Notes: a model not told the origin generated them from the letters alone. A DNA stretch of 64,000 nt from Octopus vulgaris (GCA_951406725.2 OX597833.1:19902001-19966000); one strand, 5' to 3'. Counted from the stretch's first letter, positions 1-12,705 are shown. Program-made: numbers and translations.

Positions 1-2516
1 TGATGTATTTTTCCGTATTCCTCCTGAAGGAAGTGTCATTTTTTGGACATTTGTAGAAGGGAAAGATCTTAAATTTTCCTTCTCCACATGTATCTAGGTG
101 TTTACTCAGTGGTATCTTGCGCAGTTCCTCCTGTTGGACATGTTGTCGGTGAATTCTGGCTCGTTGGCATAAAGAATTTCCAGTTTCACCTATATAATCC
201 TCCTTGCATGTGGGGTAGGTTATGTAGTATATTACGTTCTGCATCTTGCAGTTCATATCTGCATTTACTTTGAATATGTGACCACTTTTAAATTTCATTT
301 CTTTGTCTCCCTCTATGTATTTGTAGGTGGGGTTACTGCAGATCCCATATCTACCATCTCCGCACTCTTTTACAAAGAATTCAGTTTTAGTTTCTTATGA
401 GAATTTTCACTCTTGTTAGGTGTTTCTTCAGGTTTTTGTCTTGTCGTCTACTGTTTTTTATGCAATATTTGTTTAGTATGTTTTCCATTTTGTGGCTTTG
501 TAGGACTTTGTAGGTTTGAATGTATGATTTGAAACATATTGGTAACTCCAGGGTTGTGTGTTTATGAAAGGGATAATGTTTTCTTTGTTTTTTGTTTTGG
601 GTGTCCTAAGTTGTGTGATGTCCAGTTTCATTGCTCTTGAGATTCCATTTTTTATTAGTTTAAGGGGGTATTTTTGTTCTAGTAGGAAGTTTTTAAGTTC
701 ATCTAGTCTTATTAGGTGTGTTTGTGAGTCAGTTACTATGCTGCATATGCATCTTGCCATACTATATGGGATGTTTCTTTTTATGTGGGATGGGTAGCAG
801 GAGTAGAAAATTAAATATTGGTGTGTGTCGTTTTTTTTGTAGTGGATGTCTGTTGTGATGATGGAGTTGTGTATCTTGATGTTGATGTCTAGGAAGGGAA
901 GTTCGTTGTGGCTGGTATCTATTGTGAAGTTGATAGATGGGTGCAGTGTGTTGAGGATGTTGTGGAATGTTCGTAGGTCTTCTTCTGATCTGTTCCAAAA
1001 GATGAAGCAGTCATCGAGGTAGCATTTCCATTTTTTCTTGATGTATTCTCTGAAGTCATATTTGAAGACTTTCCCTATTTCATCATATAGTTTGTTCTCA
1101 AGGAAACCCATCACCAGGTTGGCATATGGAGGTGCGAATTTTGTACCCATAGCCGTGCCCTTTATCTGTCGGTATGTCTTGTTGTTGAATGAGAATGTAT
1201 TTTCTTCGAGTATTAATTGGGTGGCTTGGGTGATAAAGTCTGTCTTGAAACATTTATCTATGAGTTCCCTGTATTTTTCTACCGATTGTTCTATTGCTTC
1301 CAGACCTAGGGTGTGTGGTATGTTCGTGTATAAGTTTGTGACATTGAAGCTTGCAAGTGTGGTGTTTTTCGGAACTGTATTTGGAATGTGTGTGAGGAAG
1401 TCTATGTCATCCCTTATGTAGCTTGGTATCTGTGGGCATAAAGGTTTGAGGAGTACATCTATGAAGTGGCTTAGTTGTTGTGTTGGCACCTGGGGCCCGC
1501 CACTATTGGTCTCATCGTGAGGTCTGCTGGCCTTTGTATTCTTATATAATGGTTCCTCTGTTCCTTTATGGCTCTCTGTATTTCAGAGCTTTTATGAACT
1601 TTAGGTAATCCATAAAAGTTGCTATCTTTGGTTCTTGAGTTGCATAGATAGTCTTTCTCCTTATCTGTAAAGGAGTCCTGGTATTCATTGACAAAAGTTC
1701 TAATTTTTTTTTCATTGTTGCTTTCTCCGGTGGTGTTGGTTCCTCTTTATAGTATGTCTGGTTGTTCAGCAACTCCAGTATCTTTTCTTTGTAGTAATCT
1801 GTATCCATAATTACTATTGCTCCACCTTTGTCAGCTTCTTTTATAATGATCAACTTGTCATTTTTCAGTTTTTGTAAGGCTTGTTTTTCTCCTCTGGGGA
1901 GATTCTGTTTGCATTTGTGTGTGTTGAGAGGGAATTTAAATATTGTCTCTATGTATGCGTCAAGGTGTTTGTCACTTCCCTTGTGAAATGGGATTTTTTT
2001 CTTATGATTGAGTTATCTTCTGTTTCCTTATTTCCAAAGAATTCCATAAGGCGGAGGTGGCGGCTGAAGTTGTCTATATCAGTTTTTAGTTCTATGAGAT
2101 TTGGAGTGGGTGTGGGTGTAAATTTGAGGCCTTTTAGTAGTAGGTTCATTTCATTTTCATTAAGTTCTCTTTTAGATAGGTTTATTATTTTGGGGCCTAT
2201 GTGCTTTGTGTGTTCATTCTGAATTTTTGGTGTATTGGGTCTGGAGTATGGTTGAAGTATCCTTTCCCTAAAAAGGGGGTTGTGTTGTTGCGTCTCCAAA
2301 TTCCATTTTCAGGTCTTAGGTTTTCTTGTAGCAGAAGGGGTGGTTTGTATGTGTTGTTTTGTCTTTGGTAGTTGTTTTCTTCCCATCTTCTGTGTTTGTT
2401 GAGCCAATTTCTATTACTGGTATTGCATATTTTGCAGATTTGTGTTAGGTCTTCTGTGTGTTTGGTATAAGCCTGTTGTGGGTCGGATTCTGTTCCATTC
2501 TTTTCGATGTTTTCTG
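1..2516 (-). mobile_element. Penelope-like retroelement (RT + GIY-YIG endonuclease), frameshifted, continues off the window edge
   Basis: ORF 473-1489 has RT motifs (GTAMG..FAPPYANL, YLDD). ORF 1949-2299 has the PLE N-terminal IINLS..L...E..LL.KGLKF motif. Minus-strand translation of ~180-280 gives NVIYY...DYIGETG (GIY-YIG). Confidence 0.92.
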
Positions 2517-2521
2517 TATAT

Positions 2522-2552
<31 letters not shown>

Positions 2553-2553
<1 letters not shown>

Positions 2554-5497
2554 CATCATCATCGTTTAACGTCCGTTTTCCGCGCTAGCATAGGCTGGAC
2601 GGTTCGACCGGGGTCTGGGAAGCCAGGGGCTGCACCAGGCTCCAGTCTGATCTGGCAGTGTTTCTACAGCTGGATGCCCTTCCTAACGCTAACCACTCCG
2701 CGAGTGTAGTGGGTGCTTTTTACGTGTCACCGGCACAGGTGCCAGGGGAGTCTGGAATCGGCCATGATCGGTTGGTGCTTTTAACGTACCACCGGCACAG
2801 AAGCCAGCCAAGGCGGTGCTGGCATCGGTCACGTTTGGATGGTGCTTTTTATGTGCCACCGGCACAGAAGCCAGTCGAGGCGTCGCTGGCATCGGCCACG
2901 TTTGGATGGTGCTTTTTATATGCCACCGGCACAGGTATCACAACTACTATTTCCATTGATATTTATTTTGATGTTCATGTACTTGACTTAATAGGTCTCC
3001 TCAAGCACAGCGGGATGTTCTGGAATCCAAGGTACTTTGAATGGGCAAGGGCTATGTGGAACTGGTGCAGGAAGCAGCCCGGGTCTTTGCAGTCACAGCA
3101 TATCGCCAGAGATCTCGGTCCTTCGCCATTGCCTCTGTGAGGCCCAATGCTCTGAGGTCATGCTTGACTACCTCATCCCATGTCTTCCTGGGTCTACCTC
3201 TCCCCCTGATACCTTCAACTGTTTGGGAGCGGCACTTCTTCACACATCTCTCCTCATCCATCCGCAGTACATGACCATACCACCGCAAGCGTCGCTCTTG
3301 CACACCACATCCGATGCTTCTTATGTCCAGCATTTCTCTCAGGGTGCTTACCCTCTGTCGTGCGCGCACACTGACATTACACATCCAGCGGATCATGCTA
3401 GCTTCGTTTCTTTCAAGTCTACGCATGTCCTCTGCAATCACGGCCCATGTTTCTCTACCGTGAAGCATGGCAGTTCATACACATGCGTCATACAATCTAC
3501 CTTTCACTCTGAGCGAGAGACCCTTTGTCGCCAGTAGGGGTAGGAGCTTTCTAAACTTTGCCCAGGCTATTCGTATTCTAGTGATGACACTCTCCCAGGT
3601 AGCGGAAACTATCAACTACTTCTAGTTTCTCCCCCTGGAGTGTGATGGAATCTGTTTTCTGAGTATCTGTGGTGTCTATTGTCCCTGTGCATCTGACGCA
3701 CATGAAAGCTATCTTATCAGTTAATTTCCCTTTGATGTTGCTGCACCTCTTATGCATCCATAGCTTACACTGGGTACATCTTATGGAGTTTCTACCTACA
3801 CCTTTCCTACAGATCGAGCAGGGCCATCTATGAGAGCCTGGTCATCAGCATAGAGGAGCTCCCAGGGGCAATCTGTTTTGAATTCCTCTGTTATTGCCTG
3901 GAGGACTATGATGAATAAAAGGGGACTGAGGGCTGAGCCTTGGTGTACACCTACTTCTACCTGGAATTCTTCACTATATTCGTTGTCAATCCTAACATTG
4001 CTGACAGGCTCTCTGTATAGGGCCTGTACAACCCTTATTAGCCATTCATCAATCTCCAGTTTCCGCATCGACCACCAGATAAGGGATCAGGGGACCCTGT
4101 CAAAGGCTTTCTCCAAGTCCACAAAAGCTATGTAGAGGGGTTTATCTTTAGCTAAGTACTTCTCCTGCAGTTGTCGGACCAGGAATATAGCATCAGTGGT
4201 GCTTCTACCCGGCACAAAACCGAACTGCATCTCATCTAAGCAAATTCTCTCCCTAATGAGATGGGTTATGACCCTCTCTGTGACCTTCATCACCTGATCC
4301 AACAGTTTAATACCCCTGTAGTTATTTCTATCTAGAGCATCACCCATACCCTTGTAGCAGTTGACTATAGTGCTGCTACGCCAGTCATTGGGTATGACTC
4401 CATTATGAACTACCTGGTTTACAATGCAGGTGACTAGGCCATAGCCCACATAACCAGCTGTTTTAAGCATCTCAGCAGTGATTCCTGATGGGCTGGGGGC
4501 TTTACCTGGTTTCATACCCTTAATTGCCTTAACTACAAGGGAGCCGTCTATTCGGATAGCTGGTCCCTCTCCTGGGTCAACATTTGGCAGGCTCTCCTCC
4601 TCCCATTCATTCTCCACATTCAGCAGTCTTTCATAATGGCTTCTCCAAGCCTCTTTCTTTTCACCATCATTAAAAGCAAGTGCAGCATCATCCATGCGGA
4701 CACATTTCTTTTCTGTAACATCACTATTTTCTCTCACACACTGTCTGGCAATCCGAAATACCTCAGTTCTTTGGTCCTCACGTCGCTGGACATTGGCAAA
4801 CTTCTTCTTTTCTGCTACATCTTTGGCTATGTATACCTGCTGCCCAGCCTCCCTTTTGGCTACCTGGTACAGTTCCCTGCTACCCCCATCCCTCCAGGCT
4901 TTCCAGGCCTGTTTCTTTGCACTAATGGCTTTGTCTACTGCACTATTCCACCACCACGTAACTCTAAGTTTGGAAGGGACTTTGCCTCATCCACAGACTT
5001 GGTCTGTGGCACTCAGCAAGCTGTCCTGTAGGAATTTCCAGCTACCTTCTATGTCCGACGTCTCTAGCTCCTCCTCCCTCTCATCAAATTTCTTGATGAG
5101 GATGTCCCTAAATCTTTGACCATGTGAAGGGTTCTTTAGCTTCTAAATCCTTCTTTTCTGGATTGGTCTGTTTCTTGGAATCCTTCTGGCCTCAAGCCTA
5201 AAGTCACTAATGATTAGCCTATGCTGAGGAATACATTCTTCACCCGGGAGGGTCTTTGTATTTAAGAGCAACCCTGCATCCCGCTGTCTGGTGAGGATGA
5301 AGTCTATTTGCCTAGCGGAGTCTCCTGACTGATAGGTTATAAGGTGGCAGTCAGGCTTCCTGAAGTTAGTGTTGCAGATTAAAGGTTACATGCATCACAG
5401 AATTCCAGTAGTCTAGTTCCCTCATCATTTCTGATGCCAATACCATGGCCACCGTGTACCCCAGTGAAGATACCCGATTCCCGCCCAACATGCCCAT
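2553..5497 (-). mobile_element. RTE-clade LINE, 5'-truncated and degenerate (part of APE endonuclease, RT, 3'UTR, (ATG)n tail)
   Basis: ORFs with NYRGIKLL, QFGF, FVDLEKAFD, GVHQGS, LYADD and the RTE C-terminal RRLRWYGHVLR..GRGRPRKTW. 3'UTR with internal GGTGCTTTT.A.GTGCCACCGGCAC repeats ends in catcatcat on + strand. Flanked by TA-rich microsatellite. Confidence 0.93.
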
Positions 5498-5689
5498 ACA
5501 TATATACATATACATATACATATATATACACAGTTTATGCAATACTCTAAGTGAGAATTTATGTGATGCTTGTGGTTTTAAACATTAGAGTGGCATTTCA
5601 TCAAACCTCTTCTAATCACCTTCTCACTATAAGTAGTTATTATCATCGTTATCAAATTCACCTGTCTTTTCCTTTTGTTTTTTGTCTGC

Positions 5690-6377
5690 TTAACCCTTTA
5701 GTGTTCGCATTATTCTGCCAAAAAAAAAGCTTTTTCATCCACATTGCCTCTGTGAGGCCCAATGCTCTGAGGTCATGCTTGACTACCTCATCCCATGTCT
5801 TCCTGGGTCTACCTCTCCCCCTGATACCTTCAACTGTTTGGGAGCGGCACTTCTTCACACATCTCTCCTCATCCATCCGCAGTACATGACCATACCACCG
5901 CAAGCGTCGCTCTTGCACACCACATCTGATGCTTCTTATGTCCAGCATTTCTCTCAGGGTGCTTACCCTCTGTCGTGCGCGCACACTGACATTACACATC
6001 CAGCGGATCATGCTAGCTTCGTTTCTTTCAAGTCTACGCATATCCTCTGCAGTCACGGCCCATGTTTCTCTACCGTGAAGCATGGCAGTTCATACACATG
6101 CGTCATACAATCTACCTTTCACTCTGAGCGAGAGACCCTTTGTCGCCAGTAGGGGTAGGAGCTTTCTAAACTTTGCCCAGGCTATTCGTATTCTAGTGGT
6201 GACACTCTCCCAGGTAGCGGAAACTATCAACTAGCTATGAGATTTTGATGAGGTAGCTGTTAATTTTTAAAACAACATTGTAGGGTTGGTGTGAGAGACC
6301 AGATCTGACCATTTTGAACATAAAACAGGCAGAATACTTTTGGCCGGATATGGCCGGTTTAAATGCTAAAGGGTTAA
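5690..6377. mobile_element. piggyBac-type MITE interrupted by an RTE fragment
   Basis: TTAA-CCCTTTAG ... CTAAAGGG-TTAA termini; body matches the reverse-oriented copy at ~40195-40398. Confidence 0.8.
5742..6233 (-). mobile_element. RTE C-terminal fragment, near-identical copy of 3127-3618
   Basis: 492 bp with about 4 substitutions relative to 3127-3618; ORF 5658-6083 is almost identical to ORF 3052-3468. Confidence 0.9.
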
Positions 6378-6605
6378 TGTTGCTCCAAGAGACAAACTGA
6401 AATTAATATTTACCCATCAAATGAAATGTGGTACCACTGACAATGCTGTGACGACGGACCATTCCCGATACACTTATTTACTATGTATTGTGTTTTCCTC
6501 ATCTATTAACCTCCTCAGCTTCCCCTCCTCCTCCTTCTTCTTCTTTGTATTCTTCTTCCTCTTCATCCTTCCCACATGATCTCTATTCCAATTATTTATT
6601 CCCTA

Positions 6606-6995
6606 ACTCTTTTACTTGTTTCAGTCATTTGACTGTGGCCATGCTGGAGCACCACCTTTAGTCGAGCAAATCGACCCCAGGACTTATTCTTTGTAAGCCT
6701 AGTACTTATTTTATCTGTCGCTTTTACCGAACTGCTAAGTTACAGGGATGTAAACACACCAGCATCGGTTATCAAGCGATGTTGGGGGGGACAAACACAG
6801 ATACACAAACACACACACACATATATATATACATATATATGACAGGCTTCTTTCAGTTTCCGTCTACCAAATTTACTCACATGGCTTTGGTAGGCCCGAG
6901 GCTATAGTAGAAGACTCTTGCCCAAGGTGCCACGCAGTGAGACTGAATCCGGAACCATGTGGTTCATAAGCAAGCTACTTACCACACAGCCACTC
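6606..6995 (-). mobile_element. tRNA-derived SINE, family A (GGAGTGGCTGTGTGGTAAG head; internal TA/CA microsatellite; AGTAAAAG tail)
   Basis: Reverse complement of the full copy at 10454-10855; many copies in the window. Confidence 0.85.
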
Positions 6996-7258
6996 TTCTA
7001 TACTTTTATTTACTTTTTGCATCCTTCTGATATAAACAAAAAAAAAAAACCATTGTCTGAAGATGCACAATATGCATCTGAAGGCAGGTCCCTTTGATGC
7101 AAGTCTAATGGAGTACCACTCTAATGCTAAAACCACAAATATTACGTAAATTTTCACTTTGAATAATGTGTTAAACTAGCGTTGCAAGCAGTGTTGGTTC
7201 AAAAACAATTGTAATAAATCATTAAGGATGTGTTAAAGGACTTGTGTCTTATTCTTTG

Positions 7259-7408
7259 AGCTGTGTGGTAAAAAGCTCACTTCCCAACCACATGGTTTCA
7301 GGTTCAGTCTCACTGAGTGGTACCTCAGGCAAGTGTCTTCTACTATAGCATCAGACCAACCAAAGCCTTATGAATGGATTTGGTAAGACAGAAACTAAAA
7401 GAAGCCTA
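7259..7408 (+). mobile_element. SINE family A, 5' half
   Basis: gctgtgtggta...ggttcagtc...gaaactaaaagaagcc. Confidence 0.75.
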
Positions 7409-7420
7409 TAATATATATAT

Positions 7421-7712
7421 CACCATGACTGACCAGGCTATCAGATGTTGCTACACATTGCTGGTCACAATGTGCATTGCATTGTTTTAGCCTTCAAATG
7501 ACACCACCCTGCTGGCTAAGCGAGCAGGCCAACAGAGGAAAGAGTGAGAGAAAGTTGTGGTGAAAGAGTACAGCAGGGATCGCCACCATCCCCTGCCGGA
7601 GCCTCGTAGAGCTTTTAGGTGTTTTCGCTCAGTAAACACTCGGTCTGGGAATCGAAACTGCGATCCTACAACCACAAGTCCGCTGCCCTAACCACTGGGC
7701 CATTGCGCCTCC
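7421..7712 (-). mobile_element. tRNA-derived SINE, family B head
   Basis: Right half is the reverse complement of the 18946 head (box A TGGCCCAGTGG, box B GTTTCGATTCC). Confidence 0.75.
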
Positions 7713-7730
7713 ACTATATATATATATATA

Positions 7731-7989
7731 TCATCATCATCATCATTGTTTAACGTCCGTTTTTCGCGCTAGTATGGGTTGGACGGTTCGACCGGGGTCT
7801 GGGAAGCCAGGGGCTGCACCAGACTCCAGTCTGATCTGGCAGTGTTTCTACAGCTGGATGCCCTTCCTAACGCCAACCACTCCGCGAGTGTAGTGGGTGC
7901 TTTTTACGTGCCACCTGCACAGGTGCCAGAGGGGTCTGGCATCGGCCACGATTGGTTGGTGCTTTTTATGTGCCACCGGTACAGAAGCC
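7731..7989 (-). mobile_element. RTE 3'UTR fragment
   Basis: Matches 2553-2810, including the (CAT)n tail. Confidence 0.85.
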
Positions 7990-7991
7990 AT

Positions 7992-8038
<47 letters not shown>

Positions 8039-8664
8039 CAGTTGAAAAATGTCAATTCATTATGGCTGTTTCTAATAACTTTTTTAATTGATTATTCTGA
8101 CCTAATGAGATACCTCAACTTAAGTACCTAATTCAACTGAATCTTTTATATATGTGTGTGTGTGTGTGTGTGTGAGTATATATCAATATGTGTGTGTGTG
8201 TGTGTGTGAGTATATATCAATATGTGTGTGTGTGTGTGTGTGTGTCGTTCCCCCACTACCACCACCACCACTTGACAAACAGTGTTGGTGTGTTTATGTC
8301 CACGTAACTTAGCAGTTTGGCAAAAAAACAAAACAAAGAACAATAGAATAAGTACTAGGCTTTAAAAAATGTCCTGGAGGAGATTTGTTCAACAAAACCC
8401 CTCCAAAGGTGGTGCCCCAGCATGGCCATAGTCAAATGAGTGAAGCAAGTGAAAGATATTGTGTTGGCAAAAAGTCATGCACAAAATAAGGTCAATACGC
8501 TTCAGAATCATCAAAGACATTTTTCAACTTTTCTAAAATTGAATAAAATAAACAAAACAATGATAAACACACACACACACATACTTGTAACATGATGAAC
8601 AAACTGAATAACCTTATATAAATGTCAAATGTTTTGGTGCGTAACTTTTGGCCCACTCTGTATG

Positions 8665-8704
<40 letters not shown>

Positions 8705-8710
<6 letters not shown>

Positions 8711-8979
8711 TCAAGTTGTGTGTCTGTCTCCTACGATTTAGATTCCTAACTACTCCCACATTTTGCGGTGCAGTTTAACCAAAACCGGGTATCTTATAGT
8801 CGTGATTCATATCGAGCCCTTCTGGGTATTAGCGCGCGTCTACGATGAGGCTACGGTCTTTAAAAAAATTTACCATAATTTTTTTTCCATTTTAATGCAT
8901 TTTTTGGCTATAACTCTCTAAAAATGCTTATATAGTTATTTCCCTTACAAACCCGAGCAATGCCGGGCGATACTGCTAG
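8705..8979 (+). mobile_element. Non-autonomous Helitron-like element, copy 1
   Basis: 3' hairpin CCCGAGCAATGCCGGG followed by CTAG|T; inserted in (TA)n. Confidence 0.75.
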
Positions 8980-8989
8980 TATATATATA

Positions 8990-9393
8990 TCTTTATATAT
9001 AAAAGTAAGGTTGTGTGCTGTCTGTCTCCTACAATTTAGATTCCTAACTACTCCCACATTTTGCGGTGCAGTTTAACCAAAACCGGGTATCTTATAGTCG
9101 TGATTCATATTGAACCCTTCTGGGTATTAGTGCGTGTCTACGATGAGTCTACGATTTAAAAAAAAATTTACCATCAATTTTTCTCATTTTTAATGCATTT
9201 TTGGCATATATAAGGGAAGTAACGCTCTAAAAATTTATTATTAAATCTCAGAAAGTAAAAAGCTACATACAGTAACACCCCCTCCCTCTTTGTGGTTAGC
9301 CATATTGAGATGGCTATTATACTTTACATCTCTAAAAATGCTTATATAGATATTTCCCTTACAAACCCGAGCAACGCCGGGCGATACTGCTAG
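8990..9393 (+). mobile_element. Non-autonomous Helitron-like element, copy 2 (tandem)
   Basis: 5' TC start; body matches copy 1 plus an extra internal segment; 3' CCCGAGCAACGCCGGG hairpin + CTAG|T. Confidence 0.8.
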
Positions 9394-9465
9394 TATATAT
9401 ATATATATATTTATATGAAAAAACAAGTCAAGATAGAAAATGTTAAAATAATTTTATAAAAAACA

Positions 9466-9509
9466 TTTCAGTACCGGTTTCGGTCATTTTGAGACCTTTT
9501 CAACTGTAA
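9466..9509 (-). ncRNA. Minimal type-I hammerhead ribozyme motif (U3-A8 variant) in a probable PLE fragment (~9415-9710)
   Basis: Minus strand: UUACAG UUGAAAA GGUC-ucaaaau-GACC GAAA CCGG UA^CUGAAA; stem I, stem II, palindromic stem III and GUA triplet all present. Confidence 0.7.
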
Positions 9510-9707
9510 CGATTAAATAATTAAATTTAGAAAAATTAAAAGAAAAGTTTTTTTAAAAGAATATTTGTATAGTGTTCAAATATAAGTGGCATTTTCCTTG
9601 TTTCTGCCTTTCTCTGTCTCTCTTGTTTGCACTTGTGTGTTCGAGGTTGTTGTGAATTCTTGGTAGGGAAGGAGAAGAAGAAGAAGGATGATGAGGAGAA
9701 GGGGGGG

Positions 9708-9767
<60 letters not shown>

Positions 9768-9770
<3 letters not shown>

Positions 9771-10127
9771 TACTTGTTTCAATCACGTGACATGTGGCCA
9801 TACTGCAGCACCGCCTTTAGTCGAGCAAATCGACCCCAGGACTTATTCTTTGTAAATCTAGTAATTATTCTATCAGTCTCTTTTGCTGAACCACTAAGTT
9901 ATGGGAACGTAAACACACCAGCATCGGTTGTTGGGGTGGGGGGACAAACACAGACACACAAACATATATACGACGGGCTTCTTTCAGTTTCTGTCTACCA
10001 AATCCACTCACAAGGCTTTGGTCGGCCCGGGGCTAAAGTAGAAGACACTTGCCCAAGGTGCCACACAGTGGGACTGAACCTGGAACCATGTGGTTTGTAA
10101 GCAAGCTACTTACCACACAGCCACTCC
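9768..10127 (-). mobile_element. SINE family A
   Basis: Near full-length match to the family. Confidence 0.85.
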
Positions 10128-10453
10128 ACCCTGCCAAATATTGTATGAACGTTACAGATTACAATACTACATGGGACCTTTCGTTTACCTGTTTAACATG
10201 GTGGAGGGTAGGAGGCGATCTGAAGGAAATTTGACTGCTATTTCTAGTAGATGGAGAAAACACGTCAAGGCTCCTTCATAGGCATAATGTTGATTGTGTT
10301 AGTATTGAGGGTGGCGGCGGTGATGACGGTGGTTGCAATCCACAGATCTAGAAACAGATTATTTTGGTACCTATGGATTCAGGACTTTGATGGACTATGT
10401 TAGCAATGATTAGGTGTTAAGTAAATGTTTATTTATATACACCCATACACAAA

Positions 10454-10855
10454 GGCGCAGGAGTGGCTGTGTGGTAAGTAGCTTCTTTACCAACCACATG
10501 GTTCCAGGTTCAGTCCCACTGCGTGGCACCTTGGGCAAGTGTCTTCTACTATAGCCTCGGGCCGACCAAAGCCTTATGAGTGGATTTGGTAGACGGAAAC
10601 TGAAAGAAGCCCGTTGCATATATGTATATGTATATGCGTGTATGTGTTTGTGTGTCTGTGTTTGTCCCCCTAGCATTGCTTGACAACCGATGCTGGTGTG
10701 TTTATGTCCCCGTTACTTAGCGGTTCGGCAAAAGAGACCGATAGAATAAGTACTGGGCTTACAAAAGAATAAGTCCTGGGGGTCGAGTTGCTCGATTAAA
10801 GGCGGTGCTCCAGCATGGCCGCAGTCAAATGACTGAAACAAGTAAAAGAGTAAAG
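10454..10855 (+). mobile_element. SINE family A, full length
   Basis: GGCGCAGGAGTGGCTGTGTGGTAAG head with box-B-like GGTTCAGTCCC; tail AAGTAAAAGAGTAAAG. Confidence 0.88.
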
Positions 10856-12155
10856 GTCCACTACAAGGCCCAGTGGGGTGACTTGTAAACCTCGATGACC
10901 CTGAAAGTTATGTCAATGGAGTGCAAGCTCCAGCTAGGGCCTCCCTTTCTAGGCAGATCAAAGGAGAGGACGTAAAGACAGATGACATGTTGTTAAGCAT
11001 TTTGTCTGGCTAATGGTTCTGCCAGCATGCCACCTTAGTAATATACACACACACACACACATATATATATATATTAGAAGAAATGAGGTACTCAGAAGAT
11101 CGGATGGTTTATATTTACAGATCTTTATTTATATATTACATTTTTTATATACATATCATATCATTTAGATCATTAGCACTTTCTCCCATTCTAGTGGGGT
11201 TTTCAAATCAAACTAAGTTCCTGTGTGAGGAATTTTGATCATTTTATAGTTTCCTAGTGGTGGGGAGGAATATAAGACAGTACAAGAGGATGATGGATGA
11301 GGAGAAAGTGAGAGAGAGAAATGTGTGTATGTGTGTGTGTGTTTTTGTATCTGGGATGAGTGCTAAAGCGAAAGAGGGGAAGGGAGAGGGAAGAAGAAGA
11401 AAAGAATTTTTTTGGTCTGCTGGACAGAATATTGACTCCAAGGGAGTTCTAAGGCCTTAGGAAAAAAAAAGGAATTTCAGCTTTGACCACTTCACAGTGT
11501 CTCTGAGTGTGTGGTGGCAGGGAGGCAGGCCATAAATTATATTTCCTTTTATCATTGTGAGAATGGTCAAATGCTTTTTTGGGTTTAAGAATTCTTTCCA
11601 CTTTTTATGAGGTGTGTGTGTGTCCGTGTGTTTGTGTATGTGTGTGTGTGTGCGTGTGTGGGTGTCTGTGTGTTTGGAGAAGGGAAGAGATAAAAAAAAG
11701 GAAAAAGAAAATGAAAAATAAGGGAGGAAGGGGAAAAAGTTGTGTTGATATTCATACCACTATATATATATACATGCTTATACATGAAATATTAGAAAAA
11801 AAAAAACACCTTTTATCGATTCAAAATGAACAACTAAATTACACCATCTTCAAAATTGCATATCATAGGAAAGTTAAAATTAAAATGACAATTAAAAAGT
11901 AAAGATGAAGTAAATTACAAAAATAATATAATGTATATAACAGGTAATATATATATATACACACATATATATATATACATATACACACACATATTAAATG
12001 TTCTACTATATTATATTGTAAATCGAAAGATTTGTCCTTCACTGTATGATGAGTAAAATTTTAGCCATTTAATTTGGGGGGAGAACTTAGCTATGAAATA
12101 TTTTTCCATATTCCTCCTGAAAGAGGTGTCGTTCTTCGGATATATATATATATGT

Positions 12156-12562
12156 GGATCTTTTCGGTTTGAACGGCAGTTTTTTCTAGCGGTGTCATAT
12201 GAAATTGTCACCCATAATTATGACCCTAGTATCGATCTATTGCATTTCAATCTGTTTTAGGGTTAGGGTTAGAGGTGGGGGGAAGGGTATCTTTTTTCTT
12301 CACAAATGTAAATAAACCCAATCTGTTTCTTAAACGAGGGACATAGTCATACGGCACAGAATGTTTTTTTTTTACCTCAATAGACGTCATTGATTGGTTG
12401 AAATTGCAGAAATTGAAGAAGAAAAAAAACAACAAATATGTTACAAACTATAGAATTTTCTCAATAAAGCCAAGAGAAAAATATCTTTTATAAACACATT
12501 CTACCAGTATACGAGTTACCTAGAAATTATGTTAAAAACTGCCGTTCAAACCGAAAAGATCC
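12156..12562. mobile_element. MITE with GGATCTTTTCGGTTTGAACGGCAG TIRs
   Basis: Perfect terminal inverted repeats of >25 bp; second copy at 20274-20682; internal TTAGGG runs. Confidence 0.85.
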
Positions 12563-12705
12563 ATATATGGATATATGTATCATGTTGACTGTCCACTTTT
12601 TCGTGTTCAGTCCTTAATTGGTATATATAAATATTTTAATCTTCGGATTCTTTTTAATGTGCTAGACCACTGGTTTTAATTGACTAATATCAATTTTTAC
12701 CCTTA

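Noticed and set aside
473-1489. Intact active RT gene or prokaryotic retron/defence system
   Set aside because: The PLE ORF is broken by frameshifts and stops, and motifs and context are those of a eukaryotic Penelope-like element.
6414-8612. Further minus-strand micro-exons (~8585-8612, ~6414-6472)
   Set aside because: Acceptors are weak and no consistent open frame or recognisable protein results.
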